Assembly: GCA_028412835.1 (NCBI GenBank)
Contig: JAONQW010000004.1
Span: 18,231-82,230 of the forward strand
Reading direction: 5' to 3'
DNA: 64,000 nt
DNA from: Candidatus Pelagibacterales bacterium
Lineage (GTDB): Bacteria > Pseudomonadota > Alphaproteobacteria > Pelagibacterales > AG-422-B15
The number at the start of each line of letters is the position of its first letter. The stretch's first letter is position 1. Position numbers and translations under genes: made by a program. A model generated the notes under the pieces. That model was not told the origin of the DNA and made no database searches. It was given only the letters and a program-made list of their open reading frames with translations. Below, in pieces: positions 53,036 to 62,978 of this stretch.

Positions 53036-54226
53036 ATGAAGCAATTCAATTTTAACATAGATGAAATTTTACAACCACAAGATTGGGGATTTCCTGTGCC
53101 AATTGCATATGGACCAGGAAGAATTAAAGAGATTTCTTCTTTTTGTAAAAATTTAAATATTAATAATCCATTGATAGTAACTGATAGTGGTAGCAAAGAC
53201 CTACCCTTTATTGAAAATTTAATTAAAATTTTAACGGATACAAATATTAAGTCAGGTCTTTTTTATGGTATCTCCCCTAATCCACGAAGTGATGAAATAG
53301 CAAATGGTTGTTCAGAATTTAAATCTGGAAATCACGATGCTATAATTGCAATTGGTGGTGGAAGTGCAATGGATGGCGGTAAATCTATTTGTTTAACTGC
53401 TAATAATGATTATCCACTATTTGATTTTGATTGGGAAAAACCAGCACCTAAAATTGGAAGAGAAAATCAATTTCCAAAGCTGATAACAATTCCAACTACT
53501 GCAGGAACTGGGGCTGAAACTGAGAGTACTGCAATGGTTACCGATATTGAGCAAATGATGAAGTTTTGTATTTGTCATCCAGAACTTAAGCCTGCTGTAG
53601 CAATACTAGATCCAGAATTAACCTTAAAATTACCAGCAAGCCTTACAGCGTGGACAGGTGTTGACGCTATGGTTCACGCAATCGAAGGCTATATCGTACC
53701 TGGATTTCATCCTTTATGTGATGGTGCTGCACTTGAAAGTCTATCTTTGATTTCTAAATCTCTTCATTTAGCAGTAGAAGAACCCGATAATCTTGCTGCA
53801 CGCGGAGCTATGCTAGTTGCTTCTATGCTAGGCGGTATTGCTTTTATTAAAGGCTTAGGTTTAGTCCACGCAATTGCACATATGGTTGGTGCAGAGTACA
53901 ATACTCACCATGGCTTAACAAATGCAATAATACTTCCAACTGTATTAAAGTACAATTTGCCAACTTTAGAAGAAAAGGTAAAACGTATGTCTCAAGCACT
54001 ACAGTATGAAGATGCTACTGTAGCTACATTTATTGCTAATCAAGAAAAGCTTTTAGATAGGTTCAATATACCTAAGGGGCTTAATGAAATTGGTGTACCA
54101 GAAGATTGTGTAGACAGAATAGCAAAAAAATCTATGGTTGATACAGCATTTGGAACCAATCCAATAGATGCAAATATTAATGATATGAAAAAGTTGGTTC
54201 TTGCCAGTATAGTTAAAGCGCGATAA
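53036..54226 (+). CDS. Iron-containing alcohol dehydrogenase
   Basis: GGGSAMD, IPTTAGTGAE, DAMVHAIE, HAIAH, HHG. Confidence 0.94.
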   Translation: MKQFNFNIDEILQPQDWGFPVPIAYGPGRIKEISSFCKNLNINNPLIVTDSGSKDLPFIENLIKILTDTNIKSGLFYGISPNPRSDEIANGCSEFKSGNHDAIIAIGGGSAMDGGKSICLTANNDYPLFDFDWEKPAPKIGRENQFPKLITIPTTAGTGAETESTAMVTDIEQMMKFCICHPELKPAVAILDPELTLKLPASLTAWTGVDAMVHAIEGYIVPGFHPLCDGAALESLSLISKSLHLAVEEPDNLAARGAMLVASMLGGIAFIKGLGLVHAIAHMVGAEYNTHHGLTNAIILPTVLKYNLPTLEEKVKRMSQALQYEDATVATFIANQEKLLDRFNIPKGLNEIGVPEDCVDRIAKKSMVDTAFGTNPIDANINDMKKLVLASIVKAR

Positions 54227-54237
54227 AGGAATAAATA

Positions 54238-55662
54238 ATGGAAAATCTTCAAAAATTTTATATTAATGGTGAGTGGGTTACTCCACAGTCTAAAAATACT
54301 ATGCCTGTAATGAATCCAGCTACAGAAGAGCAAATTGGAATAGTAGCTATGGGAAATGTTGATGATGTAAATCTTGCTGTTAGTGCTGCAAATACTGCAT
54401 TTGAAACCTTCTCTCAAACATCAAAGGAGGTGCGCTTGAATTTACTTTTAAAAATTCAAGAAATTACAAAAGATAGATTTGAAGATCTTGTCCAAGCTAT
54501 GAGTTTAGAAATGGGAGCACCAATGACGATGGCTAGAGATGCACAAGCTGATGCTGCTATAGGACATTTAGATGGATTTATTGAAGCATTAAAAAAACTA
54601 GAAGAAAACGTAACACTTCCAAATGGTGACGTTCTTTGCAAAGAACCTATTGGTGTATGTGGACTAATAACTCCATGGAATTGGCCAATTAATCAAATTA
54701 CTCTAAAAGTATTGCCTGCTATTGCTACTGGTTGTGCGAGTATTCTAAAGCCTTCAGAACATACTCCACTTTCTGCAGTAGTATATACAGAGATCTTACA
54801 TGAAGCTGGTGTACCTTCAGGTGTTTTCAATCTTGTACAAGGTAATGGTGAGGATGTAGGAGTGCCAATGTCAAGACACCCTGATATTCAAATGATGTCT
54901 TTCACTGGTTCAACCCGTGGTGGAATTTCAGTAACCAAAGAATCTGCATCCACTGTTAAAAAAGTTACGTTAGAACTTGGAGGCAAATCTCCAAATTTAG
55001 TATTTGCAGATTGTGATTTAAATGAAAAAGTCGCTGCTTCTGTTAATGAGTGTATGTTTAACACCGGTCAATCGTGTGATGCACCCACTAGACTATTGGT
55101 AGAAAAAAGCTGTTACGATGAAGTATTAAAAATTGCGAAAGAAGCTACTGAAAACATTTCACTAGGTGACCCAAACGAAGAAGGTGATCATCTGGGGCCG
55201 CTATTTGATAAAATTCAATACGATCGAGTGCAAACAATGATTAAGGTTGGTATTGAAGAAGGTGTGACATTATTAACCGGAGGACTTGGTAAACCTGAAG
55301 GTTTTGAAACTGGATGGTATACTAAACCAACAATTTTTTCTGATGTTACAAATGATAAACGTGTTGCTCAAGAAGAAATATTTGGTCCAGTATTAGTAAT
55401 AATTCCGTTTGAGGATGAGGCTGAAGCAATCAAAATTGCTAATGATACTCCATATGGATTAGCAGCATATGTGCAAACTGGTAGTAAAGAACGCGCTGAT
55501 AGAGTTGCAAGACAACTTCGTGCTGGTGCGGTTCATGTAAACGGTGCTGGTTATAATTATGGTTCGCCTTTTGGTGGCTATAAACAATCTGGTAATGGAC
55601 GTGAAGGTGGTGATATGGGTATTGAAGATTATCTAGAAACTAAAACTCTACACTTTTCTTAA
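54238..55662 (+). CDS. Aldehyde dehydrogenase
   Basis: ITPWNWP, FTGS, LELGGKSP, GQSC, EEIFGPV. Confidence 0.95.
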   Translation: MENLQKFYINGEWVTPQSKNTMPVMNPATEEQIGIVAMGNVDDVNLAVSAANTAFETFSQTSKEVRLNLLLKIQEITKDRFEDLVQAMSLEMGAPMTMARDAQADAAIGHLDGFIEALKKLEENVTLPNGDVLCKEPIGVCGLITPWNWPINQITLKVLPAIATGCASILKPSEHTPLSAVVYTEILHEAGVPSGVFNLVQGNGEDVGVPMSRHPDIQMMSFTGSTRGGISVTKESASTVKKVTLELGGKSPNLVFADCDLNEKVAASVNECMFNTGQSCDAPTRLLVEKSCYDEVLKIAKEATENISLGDPNEEGDHLGPLFDKIQYDRVQTMIKVGIEEGVTLLTGGLGKPEGFETGWYTKPTIFSDVTNDKRVAQEEIFGPVLVIIPFEDEAEAIKIANDTPYGLAAYVQTGSKERADRVARQLRAGAVHVNGAGYNYGSPFGGYKQSGNGREGGDMGIEDYLETKTLHFS

Positions 55663-55673
55663 TAGCACTATAA

Positions 55674-57104
55674 ATGCTTGAAAATTTATCCGCTGATAAA
55701 ATTGTTTCAAATATTGTAGAGAAAAAAATAAGTGCTGAAGAAGTTACTGATTATTATCTCCAGCGTATAAAAAAATATAATCCAGTTATCAATGCTATTA
55801 TTTCACTTAAAGATGAAGAAGAAATAAAAGCAGAAGCTAAAGAAAAAGACTTCATTAAAAATTCTGATAATAAACTCAAACTACTTTATGGTCTGCCATT
55901 AGCTGTAAAAGATTTATTTGATGTCAAAGGTATTCCTACTACATATGGAATAAAAGAATTCAAAAATAATATTCCCACAAAAAACTCTTTGATTGTAGAT
56001 AGATTAATTAATCATGGCGCAATAATTATAGGTAAAACTAATGTTCCTGAATTTGCGGTAGGTGCACACACTAATAATAAATTATTCGGCCCTACTGCAA
56101 ATGTATACGATACAAATAGTTCGGCAGGTGGATCAAGTGGGGGCTCAGCTGCTGCAATAGCAGCGGAATTAGTACCAATGTCAGATGGATCTGATATGAT
56201 GGGATCATGTAGAATTCCTGCTGCTTTTGCTAATATATATGGAATTAGACCTACCCCTGGATTAATTCCTGTCGAGAGAAATGTTAGTCAAAAGATTGAA
56301 TTACCTCATTTAAGTACTGCTGGATGCCTTGCTAGAACTCCAAATGATATGTCCCTAATGCTAGATGCTATATCAGGAAAGCATCCATCAGATCCATTCT
56401 CTTTTGATCTTCAATCAACATTTACCAATTCTAATCTAAGTGAATTTCAATTTTCTAAAGTAAAGATTGGTTGGCTAGGAGATATACAAGGTCAATATTT
56501 GTTTGAGGCAGATATACTTGAATTGTGTGAAAAGGCTCTACAGACCTTGGAACAACATAAATTACAAGTCGAATTATTAAAAATAAATATGAAGGCTAAT
56601 ATAATATGGGATAGTTGGACAACCTTACGTGCCTCAATTTTATATCAAGACATAATTGATATAAAATTAGAAAATATTAGCGAGAAGCATCCAGGTATAG
56701 TTTGGGAACACAACAAAGGTCAAAATATTACAGATGATGATATATCAAATGCTTTAAAACAAAGAAATATATGTATGCATGAAATTGATAACTTATTTAA
56801 TAAATTTGATTTTCTTGCTTTACCAGCAGCACAGATTTTCCCATTTGATAAAGAAACTGACTATCCAAAAAAAATAGATAATACTGAACTCGATACGTAT
56901 CATCGCTGGATGGAGGTTGTCGCTCTTGCAAGCTTATTAGGATTGCCTACAATATCAGTTCCTGTGGGATTCAATAAAAAAGGACTACCAATGGGAATGC
57001 AGATTATTGCAAAAAAAGGGAAGGACTTAGAGTTGGTTGCATTTGCAAAAAAATATGAAGAAATTTTTTTATTTTCAAAATATAGACCTGAAAATTTTGA
57101 TTAA
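55674..57104 (+). CDS. Amidase signature family protein
   Basis: AVKD, GKTNVPE, GGSSGGSAAA, GSDMMGSCRIPA. Confidence 0.93.
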   Translation: MLENLSADKIVSNIVEKKISAEEVTDYYLQRIKKYNPVINAIISLKDEEEIKAEAKEKDFIKNSDNKLKLLYGLPLAVKDLFDVKGIPTTYGIKEFKNNIPTKNSLIVDRLINHGAIIIGKTNVPEFAVGAHTNNKLFGPTANVYDTNSSAGGSSGGSAAAIAAELVPMSDGSDMMGSCRIPAAFANIYGIRPTPGLIPVERNVSQKIELPHLSTAGCLARTPNDMSLMLDAISGKHPSDPFSFDLQSTFTNSNLSEFQFSKVKIGWLGDIQGQYLFEADILELCEKALQTLEQHKLQVELLKINMKANIIWDSWTTLRASILYQDIIDIKLENISEKHPGIVWEHNKGQNITDDDISNALKQRNICMHEIDNLFNKFDFLALPAAQIFPFDKETDYPKKIDNTELDTYHRWMEVVALASLLGLPTISVPVGFNKKGLPMGMQIIAKKGKDLELVAFAKKYEEIFLFSKYRPENFD

Positions 57105-57110
57105 GTAATT

Positions 57111-58274
57111 ATGAATAAAAAAAAATTAAATAGTGAGCCAAACCCTACATTAGTTACTCTTAGAGATAATAAGGCAAAATGGAATTTGCCAGAATATAGA
57201 AGAGAAGGATATAGAAATTTACATAGAATAAATAGATACGGTTTATTTTTAAGGTCAGATCAAGTTTTGCAAATTGATAAAAATATTAATCATGAAATTG
57301 AAAAAATTCCTCTAGTTCAAAAGATGACTAATCATAAGTCTTTTTGTTCTTTAGTGGTAGGCAGAGATCAAGATATCTTACTAGAAAAGTACGCTGATGA
57401 TTTCTCTGAATTACAACCTCAAACTATTATGTCTATTTCAAAAATGTATTTAAATTTATTTGTTGGAGAATTAGTAGATAAAAAAAAGTTAGACTTATCT
57501 AAAAAAATTTCTTTTTATTTACCAAATATTGGGTCTGGCTATGCCAATGCAACTATTCAAAATATTCTAAATATGAATGTAGATAATCTTTACACTGAAG
57601 ATTATACAGATGCATTTTCTTCATCTTTTGCACATGAATCTGTTGGAGGCTGGAGATTACCTGAAGTACTGAATGATAATGAAAATCAAGAAGAGTTTTT
57701 AAATAAAATAAAAGCTACGAATGAAATTGATCCAACAAATCAATCTGAATTTGCAAAATATAAATCAGCAAATTCTGATGTTATTGGAATTTTAGTTGAA
57801 AAAGTTAGCGGTATCCCACTAAGAGATTGGGTTTTATCAGCTGTAGAAGCTGCAGGTTTTGAAGATGCACTTTATATGGCGACTGACAGAGCTGGGATGC
57901 CATGGATGTCTGGTGGTGGATGCCTAATACCCAGAGATTTTCTAAGAATGGGCTTATTATTCTCTAGAAAAGGTTTAGGCGTATCTGGAAGATCTATAGG
58001 ATCAGCAAATTTTATTGATGAGACACTTAAGTTTTTGGGGCCAAAATATATGACTTTAACAAACAATAGTAGTGTTTATTATGCCAATCAAACTATGAAG
58101 TCTAAAGATTGGATTGGACATTCTGGTTATGGTGGACAATTTTTGATGATAAATTTAAAAACTAAAATAACCGCTGGTTTCTTTTCAGTAATAGAAACGG
58201 CATCGGCAACAGATGAAGAATATAAGATAGATATGATACAAATGCTTGAAAATATTGTATCTGGAAATTATTAA
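57111..58274 (+). CDS. Beta-lactamase-fold serine hydrolase (NylB-like)
   Basis: MSISK (SxxK), YKSANS, GYGGQ. Confidence 0.85.
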   Translation: MNKKKLNSEPNPTLVTLRDNKAKWNLPEYRREGYRNLHRINRYGLFLRSDQVLQIDKNINHEIEKIPLVQKMTNHKSFCSLVVGRDQDILLEKYADDFSELQPQTIMSISKMYLNLFVGELVDKKKLDLSKKISFYLPNIGSGYANATIQNILNMNVDNLYTEDYTDAFSSSFAHESVGGWRLPEVLNDNENQEEFLNKIKATNEIDPTNQSEFAKYKSANSDVIGILVEKVSGIPLRDWVLSAVEAAGFEDALYMATDRAGMPWMSGGGCLIPRDFLRMGLLFSRKGLGVSGRSIGSANFIDETLKFLGPKYMTLTNNSSVYYANQTMKSKDWIGHSGYGGQFLMINLKTKITAGFFSVIETASATDEEYKIDMIQMLENIVSGNY

Positions 58275-58295
58275 ACTAATAGAAAGGTAAAAATT

Positions 58296-58682
58296 ATGAG
58301 AGGTTATGTAATGGTTGGAACAAATGATCTAAATAAATCAGAAAAGTTTTACAATAAACTATTGGATACTGTAGGACTTAAAAAAATATATAGTGATGAA
58401 AGTTGTGTTGGTTATGGACAAAAAACTGGTCCTGAAATAGTAGAATTTTATATTACAATGCCTGCCAATGGTGAGCCTGCTACTTATGGTAATGGTACGC
58501 AAATTTCATTTTTATCAAATACTAGAGTAGAAGTTGACAAATTTCATGCAACTGGAATTGAGAATGGTGGAGTGTGTGAAGGTTTACCAGGATTTAGACC
58601 TGAGGGAGCAACAACCTATTACTCCTATGTTAGAGATCTTAATGGTAATAAAGTCTGTGCTTACACAGACTCTAAAGACTAA
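58296..58682 (+). CDS. VOC/glyoxalase family protein
   Basis: YVMVGTNDL, GNGTQISF, EGLPGFR, YVRDLNGNK. Confidence 0.9.
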   Translation: MRGYVMVGTNDLNKSEKFYNKLLDTVGLKKIYSDESCVGYGQKTGPEIVEFYITMPANGEPATYGNGTQISFLSNTRVEVDKFHATGIENGGVCEGLPGFRPEGATTYYSYVRDLNGNKVCAYTDSKD

Positions 58683-60199
58683 TCATTAAATAATTTTTGA
58701 TATTTTTTGCGTAACTCTGCTTTTTGAACTTTTCCCATAGCGTTGCGGGGAAGACTATCTAAAAAGATAATTTTTTTTGGTTGTTTAAATTTTGCCAATT
58801 TATCTGATAAGTAATTTATAATTTCTTCTTCAAAAATTGACTCATTTTTTCTTACTACAGCTGCAACAACAGCTTCTCCAAAATCTTTATGTGGAGCTGC
58901 AAAAACTGCTGACTCTTCAATGGATGTGAGTTCATCTATTTTTGTTTCAACTTCTTTAGGGTATATATTGAGTCCACCAGAAATTATCAAATCTTTATCG
59001 CGACCAACTATTGTTACGTATCCATTGTCATCAACTTTAGCCATATCACCAGTAATAAAAAATCCATCTTCACGAAATGACTCACTTGTTTTATCTGGCA
59101 TTTGCCAGTAGCCCTTAAATACATTCTCACCTTTTAATTCAATAATACCAATTTGACCTTGCTCAACTTCATTGCCTTTATCATCTGCTATTCGTAATTG
59201 AATTCCTGGTAAGGGTAGTCCAACTGTTCCAGCAACACGATTGTTATCATAGGGATTTGATGTACACATATTGGTTTCAGTCATTCCGTATCTTTCAAGA
59301 ATTTTCTTACTTGTGCGATCTTCAAATTCTTTATGAGTTGAAGCTAATAATGGTGCCGAACCAGAAATAAAGAGGCGCATATGTTCCGTTAGACTATGGT
59401 TAAAACGGCTATCACTTAATAATCTAGTATAAAATGTTGGCACACCCATCATCGTTGTAGATTTATTCATCCATTTTATGGCCTGCTCAATGTCAAATTT
59501 AGGTAAAAAAATCATTGATCCACCTACATAAGCTAGCAAATTTGACGCTACAAAAAGTCCATGCGTATGATAGATAGGAAGCATATGTAAAAGAACATCT
59601 TCTTTAGTAAATTTCCAATAATCTTTAAGAACTTTAGTATTTGAAAGTAGATTTTGATGGCTAAGTATAGCTCCTTTTGATTTTCCCGTAGTACCAGATG
59701 TGTATAAAATTGCTGCTAAATCATCTGGTCCTCTTTCAATAGTATCAAAAAAAAATTCCTGCTTATAGGCTAAATTAGTAAGTGAACCAGTTTCATCTGA
59801 ATTTAAGGTTAATAAAACAGTATTTGCATCAAGATTATTTACTATTTTATTTTCTACATTCTTATCCACTATAATAATCTTTGCAGATGAATCCTTAATA
59901 AAATAATCAAGTTCACTTGTGGTGTAACCTGTATTTAGTGGCAGATAAACGCCTCCTGCTTTTATTGTTGCAGCATATAAAGCAATTTGAGTATTTGATT
60001 TTTCAGCTTGAACAGCCACCCTGTCACCTGGCTTCATACCTTTTTGAATTAAAACATTTGCAAGTTGGTTAATCATTATATGAAAATCTGCATAGTTAAC
60101 TTTTTTATCGTCATTAATTAAAAAAGTACTTGAGCTATTTCTGGTAGGCCCAAATATTGAGTCAAATAAATAATTAGTTTTAGAAATACTTGTTTGCAT
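58679..60199 (-). CDS. matB: Malonyl-CoA synthetase-like acyl-CoA ligase
   Basis: YTSGTTGKSKG, LPIYHTHGL, MGVPTFYTRL, ERYGMTE, PRNAMGKVQK. Confidence 0.88.
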   Translation of the reverse strand: MQTSISKTNYLFDSIFGPTRNSSSTFLINDDKKVNYADFHIMINQLANVLIQKGMKPGDRVAVQAEKSNTQIALYAATIKAGGVYLPLNTGYTTSELDYFIKDSSAKIIIVDKNVENKIVNNLDANTVLLTLNSDETGSLTNLAYKQEFFFDTIERGPDDLAAILYTSGTTGKSKGAILSHQNLLSNTKVLKDYWKFTKEDVLLHMLPIYHTHGLFVASNLLAYVGGSMIFLPKFDIEQAIKWMNKSTTMMGVPTFYTRLLSDSRFNHSLTEHMRLFISGSAPLLASTHKEFEDRTSKKILERYGMTETNMCTSNPYDNNRVAGTVGLPLPGIQLRIADDKGNEVEQGQIGIIELKGENVFKGYWQMPDKTSESFREDGFFITGDMAKVDDNGYVTIVGRDKDLIISGGLNIYPKEVETKIDELTSIEESAVFAAPHKDFGEAVVAAVVRKNESIFEEEIINYLSDKLAKFKQPKKIIFLDSLPRNAMGKVQKAELRKKYQKLFND

Positions 60200-60204
60200 T
60201 AAAT

Positions 60205-61329
60205 TTAATTAAATTTTTTATCTTTATAATCAGAACTCATAGCCATGAGTGAAGATACATTTATCACAACTCCTAGACCAGGTCTATCTTTGGGCTTGGC
60301 ATATCCATCTTTTATCTTAAAGCCGAGATCACAAAACTTTAATGCATGTGAAATGTATTCAGGATAAATTTCAGCCATTTCTGTATTTGAATTACTTATG
60401 CAGAAATGAATCATAGCAGCGGCGGCTACGGACATTGAATTCCAACAATGTGGTGAAACAGTAACACCTTTTTTTGCAGATAGGTTTGTAATTTCTGTCA
60501 TATCAATTATTCCGCCAACCCCGGCAATATCTGGGTTAAGTATATCTGCGGCGCTACCAGCTAGAACCTCCTTAAAATGTGGAGTACCAAATTGTTTTTC
60601 ACCAGTGACTATCTTTAATCCTGTTTGAATTCGAATTGAAGCCAGTGATCTAATTTTTTGACCGTCTACAGGTTCTTCGTACCAATAAGGTTTATATTCC
60701 TTGATTAAAGGCGCTAAAATTAAAGCTAAACTTTCGTCTTCAGGACTGGCCAAATCAAGCATCAAAGGTGTCTCTAAGCCTATTAAATTTCGAATATGAG
60801 CAACGCATTCTTTAGCCTGTGACATAGATCTGTTTTGCAGGGGGTATATTTTAATTCCCTGATAGCCACCACTCATTAATGAAACTGCCCTTTGGCCCAA
60901 AGCTATATTATCAGGACACTTTTCACTCCACGTATTAGCATAAATAGAAGCTTTTGCTTTTGGCTGTGCAGACAGCAAATAAGATAATGGTTTTTTTTCT
61001 TCTTTACTAAAAATATCCCATAGACTCATCTCTATTGCACTTGTTGCAGCTGAAAAATCAATTCCTCTATGCTTGTCAGCAATTTCTTTAGCTTTTATAT
61101 TAAAAGTCTTAGGAGTGAGATTTTCAATTGAAGCAACAGCATCAACTAAACTATGAATTATTTCTGAAACTCCTTTTTCTCGAAACGGAAGAGTAAATGC
61201 CTCACCCCAACCTTCAATGCCATTATCAGTTGTTAGCTTTAATAGTAAAAAAGGTTTTATTTCTGACCACCCATCATCACTTAAAGTTGATTTAGTGATC
61301 CAAGTTTCAATTTTTGAAAGATATTTCAT
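60205..61329 (-). CDS. Mandelate racemase/muconate lactonizing (enolase superfamily) protein
   Basis: GIEGWGE, SAIEMSLWD, metal ligands in MLD / YEEP / TGE, PDIAGVGG, PH, PGLG. Confidence 0.9.
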   Translation of the reverse strand: MKYLSKIETWITKSTLSDDGWSEIKPFLLLKLTTDNGIEGWGEAFTLPFREKGVSEIIHSLVDAVASIENLTPKTFNIKAKEIADKHRGIDFSAATSAIEMSLWDIFSKEEKKPLSYLLSAQPKAKASIYANTWSEKCPDNIALGQRAVSLMSGGYQGIKIYPLQNRSMSQAKECVAHIRNLIGLETPLMLDLASPEDESLALILAPLIKEYKPYWYEEPVDGQKIRSLASIRIQTGLKIVTGEKQFGTPHFKEVLAGSAADILNPDIAGVGGIIDMTEITNLSAKKGVTVSPHCWNSMSVAAAAMIHFCISNSNTEMAEIYPEYISHALKFCDLGFKIKDGYAKPKDRPGLGVVINVSSLMAMSSDYKDKKFN

Positions 61330-61331
61330 AA

Positions 61332-61928
61332 TTATTTATTTTTAATATAACTATCTTCTGATATATCCCCACTCCATCGCCAACTCCAAATCATATGATG
61401 CTCTTCAGTTCTGTTTGAATGATTTATCATGGATGGGTTGTGCACATAATCACCGACTTCTCCATAAATTTCAGGATTACCATCCTTATTAAAGTATCCC
61501 TTACCAGAGATTATAAAAAAAGTTTCTTCTGCTGGATGCCTACGTACAGGATAATCTATATTTGCCATTTGCATAAAAATACCAACCTCATAATCATTTG
61601 AGTTAATAATTCCTGATGGTCCTAATAATACAAATTGAATAAACTGTTTTTTAAGATCGCCTTCTATTCTCCCTCCCATATTTGAATGATGCCATGGTAA
61701 AAAATTTGATATTTCTTTCAACTGATGTGCAAGCAAATGATCGTCATTAGATATAAAAGAATTAAAGAGTTTTGAAAGCTCATCATCTTTATTTTCTTTA
61801 AGTTTAAATGTTTGGTTGCTCACTAAAGATAGAGCTTCAGCAGTAAGAGAGCCATTTTTAGAACCTTCATTTTGATAAATATCTGATAAGATCATCAAGA
61901 TGTCTTTAAATATTTTTTCAGTGCTCAT
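61332..61928 (-). CDS. DddQ-like cupin (DMSP lyase family)
   Basis: LPW, LLGP, YPVRRHPAEETFFIISG, HNPSMINHSNRT, W-x-W-x-GD; resembles the DddQ cupin motifs, although the first His of HxH is Arg. Confidence 0.75.
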   Translation of the reverse strand: MSTEKIFKDILMILSDIYQNEGSKNGSLTAEALSLVSNQTFKLKENKDDELSKLFNSFISNDDHLLAHQLKEISNFLPWHHSNMGGRIEGDLKKQFIQFVLLGPSGIINSNDYEVGIFMQMANIDYPVRRHPAEETFFIISGKGYFNKDGNPEIYGEVGDYVHNPSMINHSNRTEEHHMIWSWRWSGDISEDSYIKNK

Positions 61929-62090
61929 AGTTAGTATATTTACATATTGATTAATTTGTAGCCAGTAAAAATAAATAATTTCTGCATTGATTCATGCATT
62001 TACTTCAATGATTGGGTCAGTATTAATTGTCTTTATTTTATCTAATTAACAAATATAATTTTTAAAAATTAAATATTAAGGAGAAGATTT

Positions 62091-62978
62091 ATGAATAGAG
62101 ATGTCATCATTTCATGTGCAGTAACTGGGTCTGGAGATTCAGTAGGAAAACATCCGGCCATACCTGTAACTCCTGAACAGATTGCAAATGCTGCTATTGA
62201 AGCAGCTTCTGCTGGAGCAGCAATTGCACACATGCATGTAAGAAATCCTGAAACAGGTAAAGCAACTAGAGATGATGAACTTTATAAAGAAGTTGTTAGT
62301 AGAATTAAAGACAGTGGAACCGATGTAATTATTAACCTTACTAGTGGTATGGGAGGTGACATAGAAATTGGCCCTGAAGATGATTTATTAAAATTTGGTC
62401 CTAATACAGACTTCATTGGTGCTCTTGAAAGACTAAGTCATGTTGAAAAAATATTGCCTGATATTTGTTCACTAGATTGTGGAACATTAAACTTTGGAGA
62501 TGGACGTATGATTTACGTTAGTACACCTGAACAACTAAGAATAGGTGCAAAACGAATTCAAGAATTAGGTGTTAAGCCTGAGTTAGAAATTTTTGACACA
62601 GGACATATGTGGTTTGCCAATGAGATGCATAAAGAAGGATTATTAGATGCTCCAGCGCTTTATCAAATTTGCTTAGGCATACCTTATGGAGCTCCTGCAA
62701 ATACAAGTTCTATGAAAAATATGGTAGACATGCTTCCCGAGGGAAGTAATTGGGCAGCATTTGGAATTGGTGCTATGCAAATGCCAATGGTGGCGCAAGC
62801 AGTTCTTTTAGGTGGAAACGTTAGAGTGGGACTAGAAGACAATCTTTACTTAGAAAAAGGGGTATTTGCATCAAATGGATCATTGGTAGAAAAAGCAACT
62901 ACTATAATTACTAATATGGGTGCAAACATAATGAATGTAAAAGATGCACGAAATAAATTAGGTTTAAGTGATGGCTAA
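62091..62978 (+). CDS. Beta-keto acid cleavage enzyme (BKACE/DUF849), dehydrocarnitine-cleaving CdhC-like
   Basis: [46 protein letters not shown]; adjacent to carnitine dehydrogenase. Confidence 0.9.
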   Translation: MNRDVIISCAVTGSGDSVGKHPAIPVTPEQIANAAIEAASAGAAIAHMHVRNPETGKATRDDELYKEVVSRIKDSGTDVIINLTSGMGGDIEIGPEDDLLKFGPNTDFIGALERLSHVEKILPDICSLDCGTLNFGDGRMIYVSTPEQLRIGAKRIQELGVKPELEIFDTGHMWFANEMHKEGLLDAPALYQICLGIPYGAPANTSSMKNMVDMLPEGSNWAAFGIGAMQMPMVAQAVLLGGNVRVGLEDNLYLEKGVFASNGSLVEKATTIITNMGANIMNVKDARNKLGLSDG

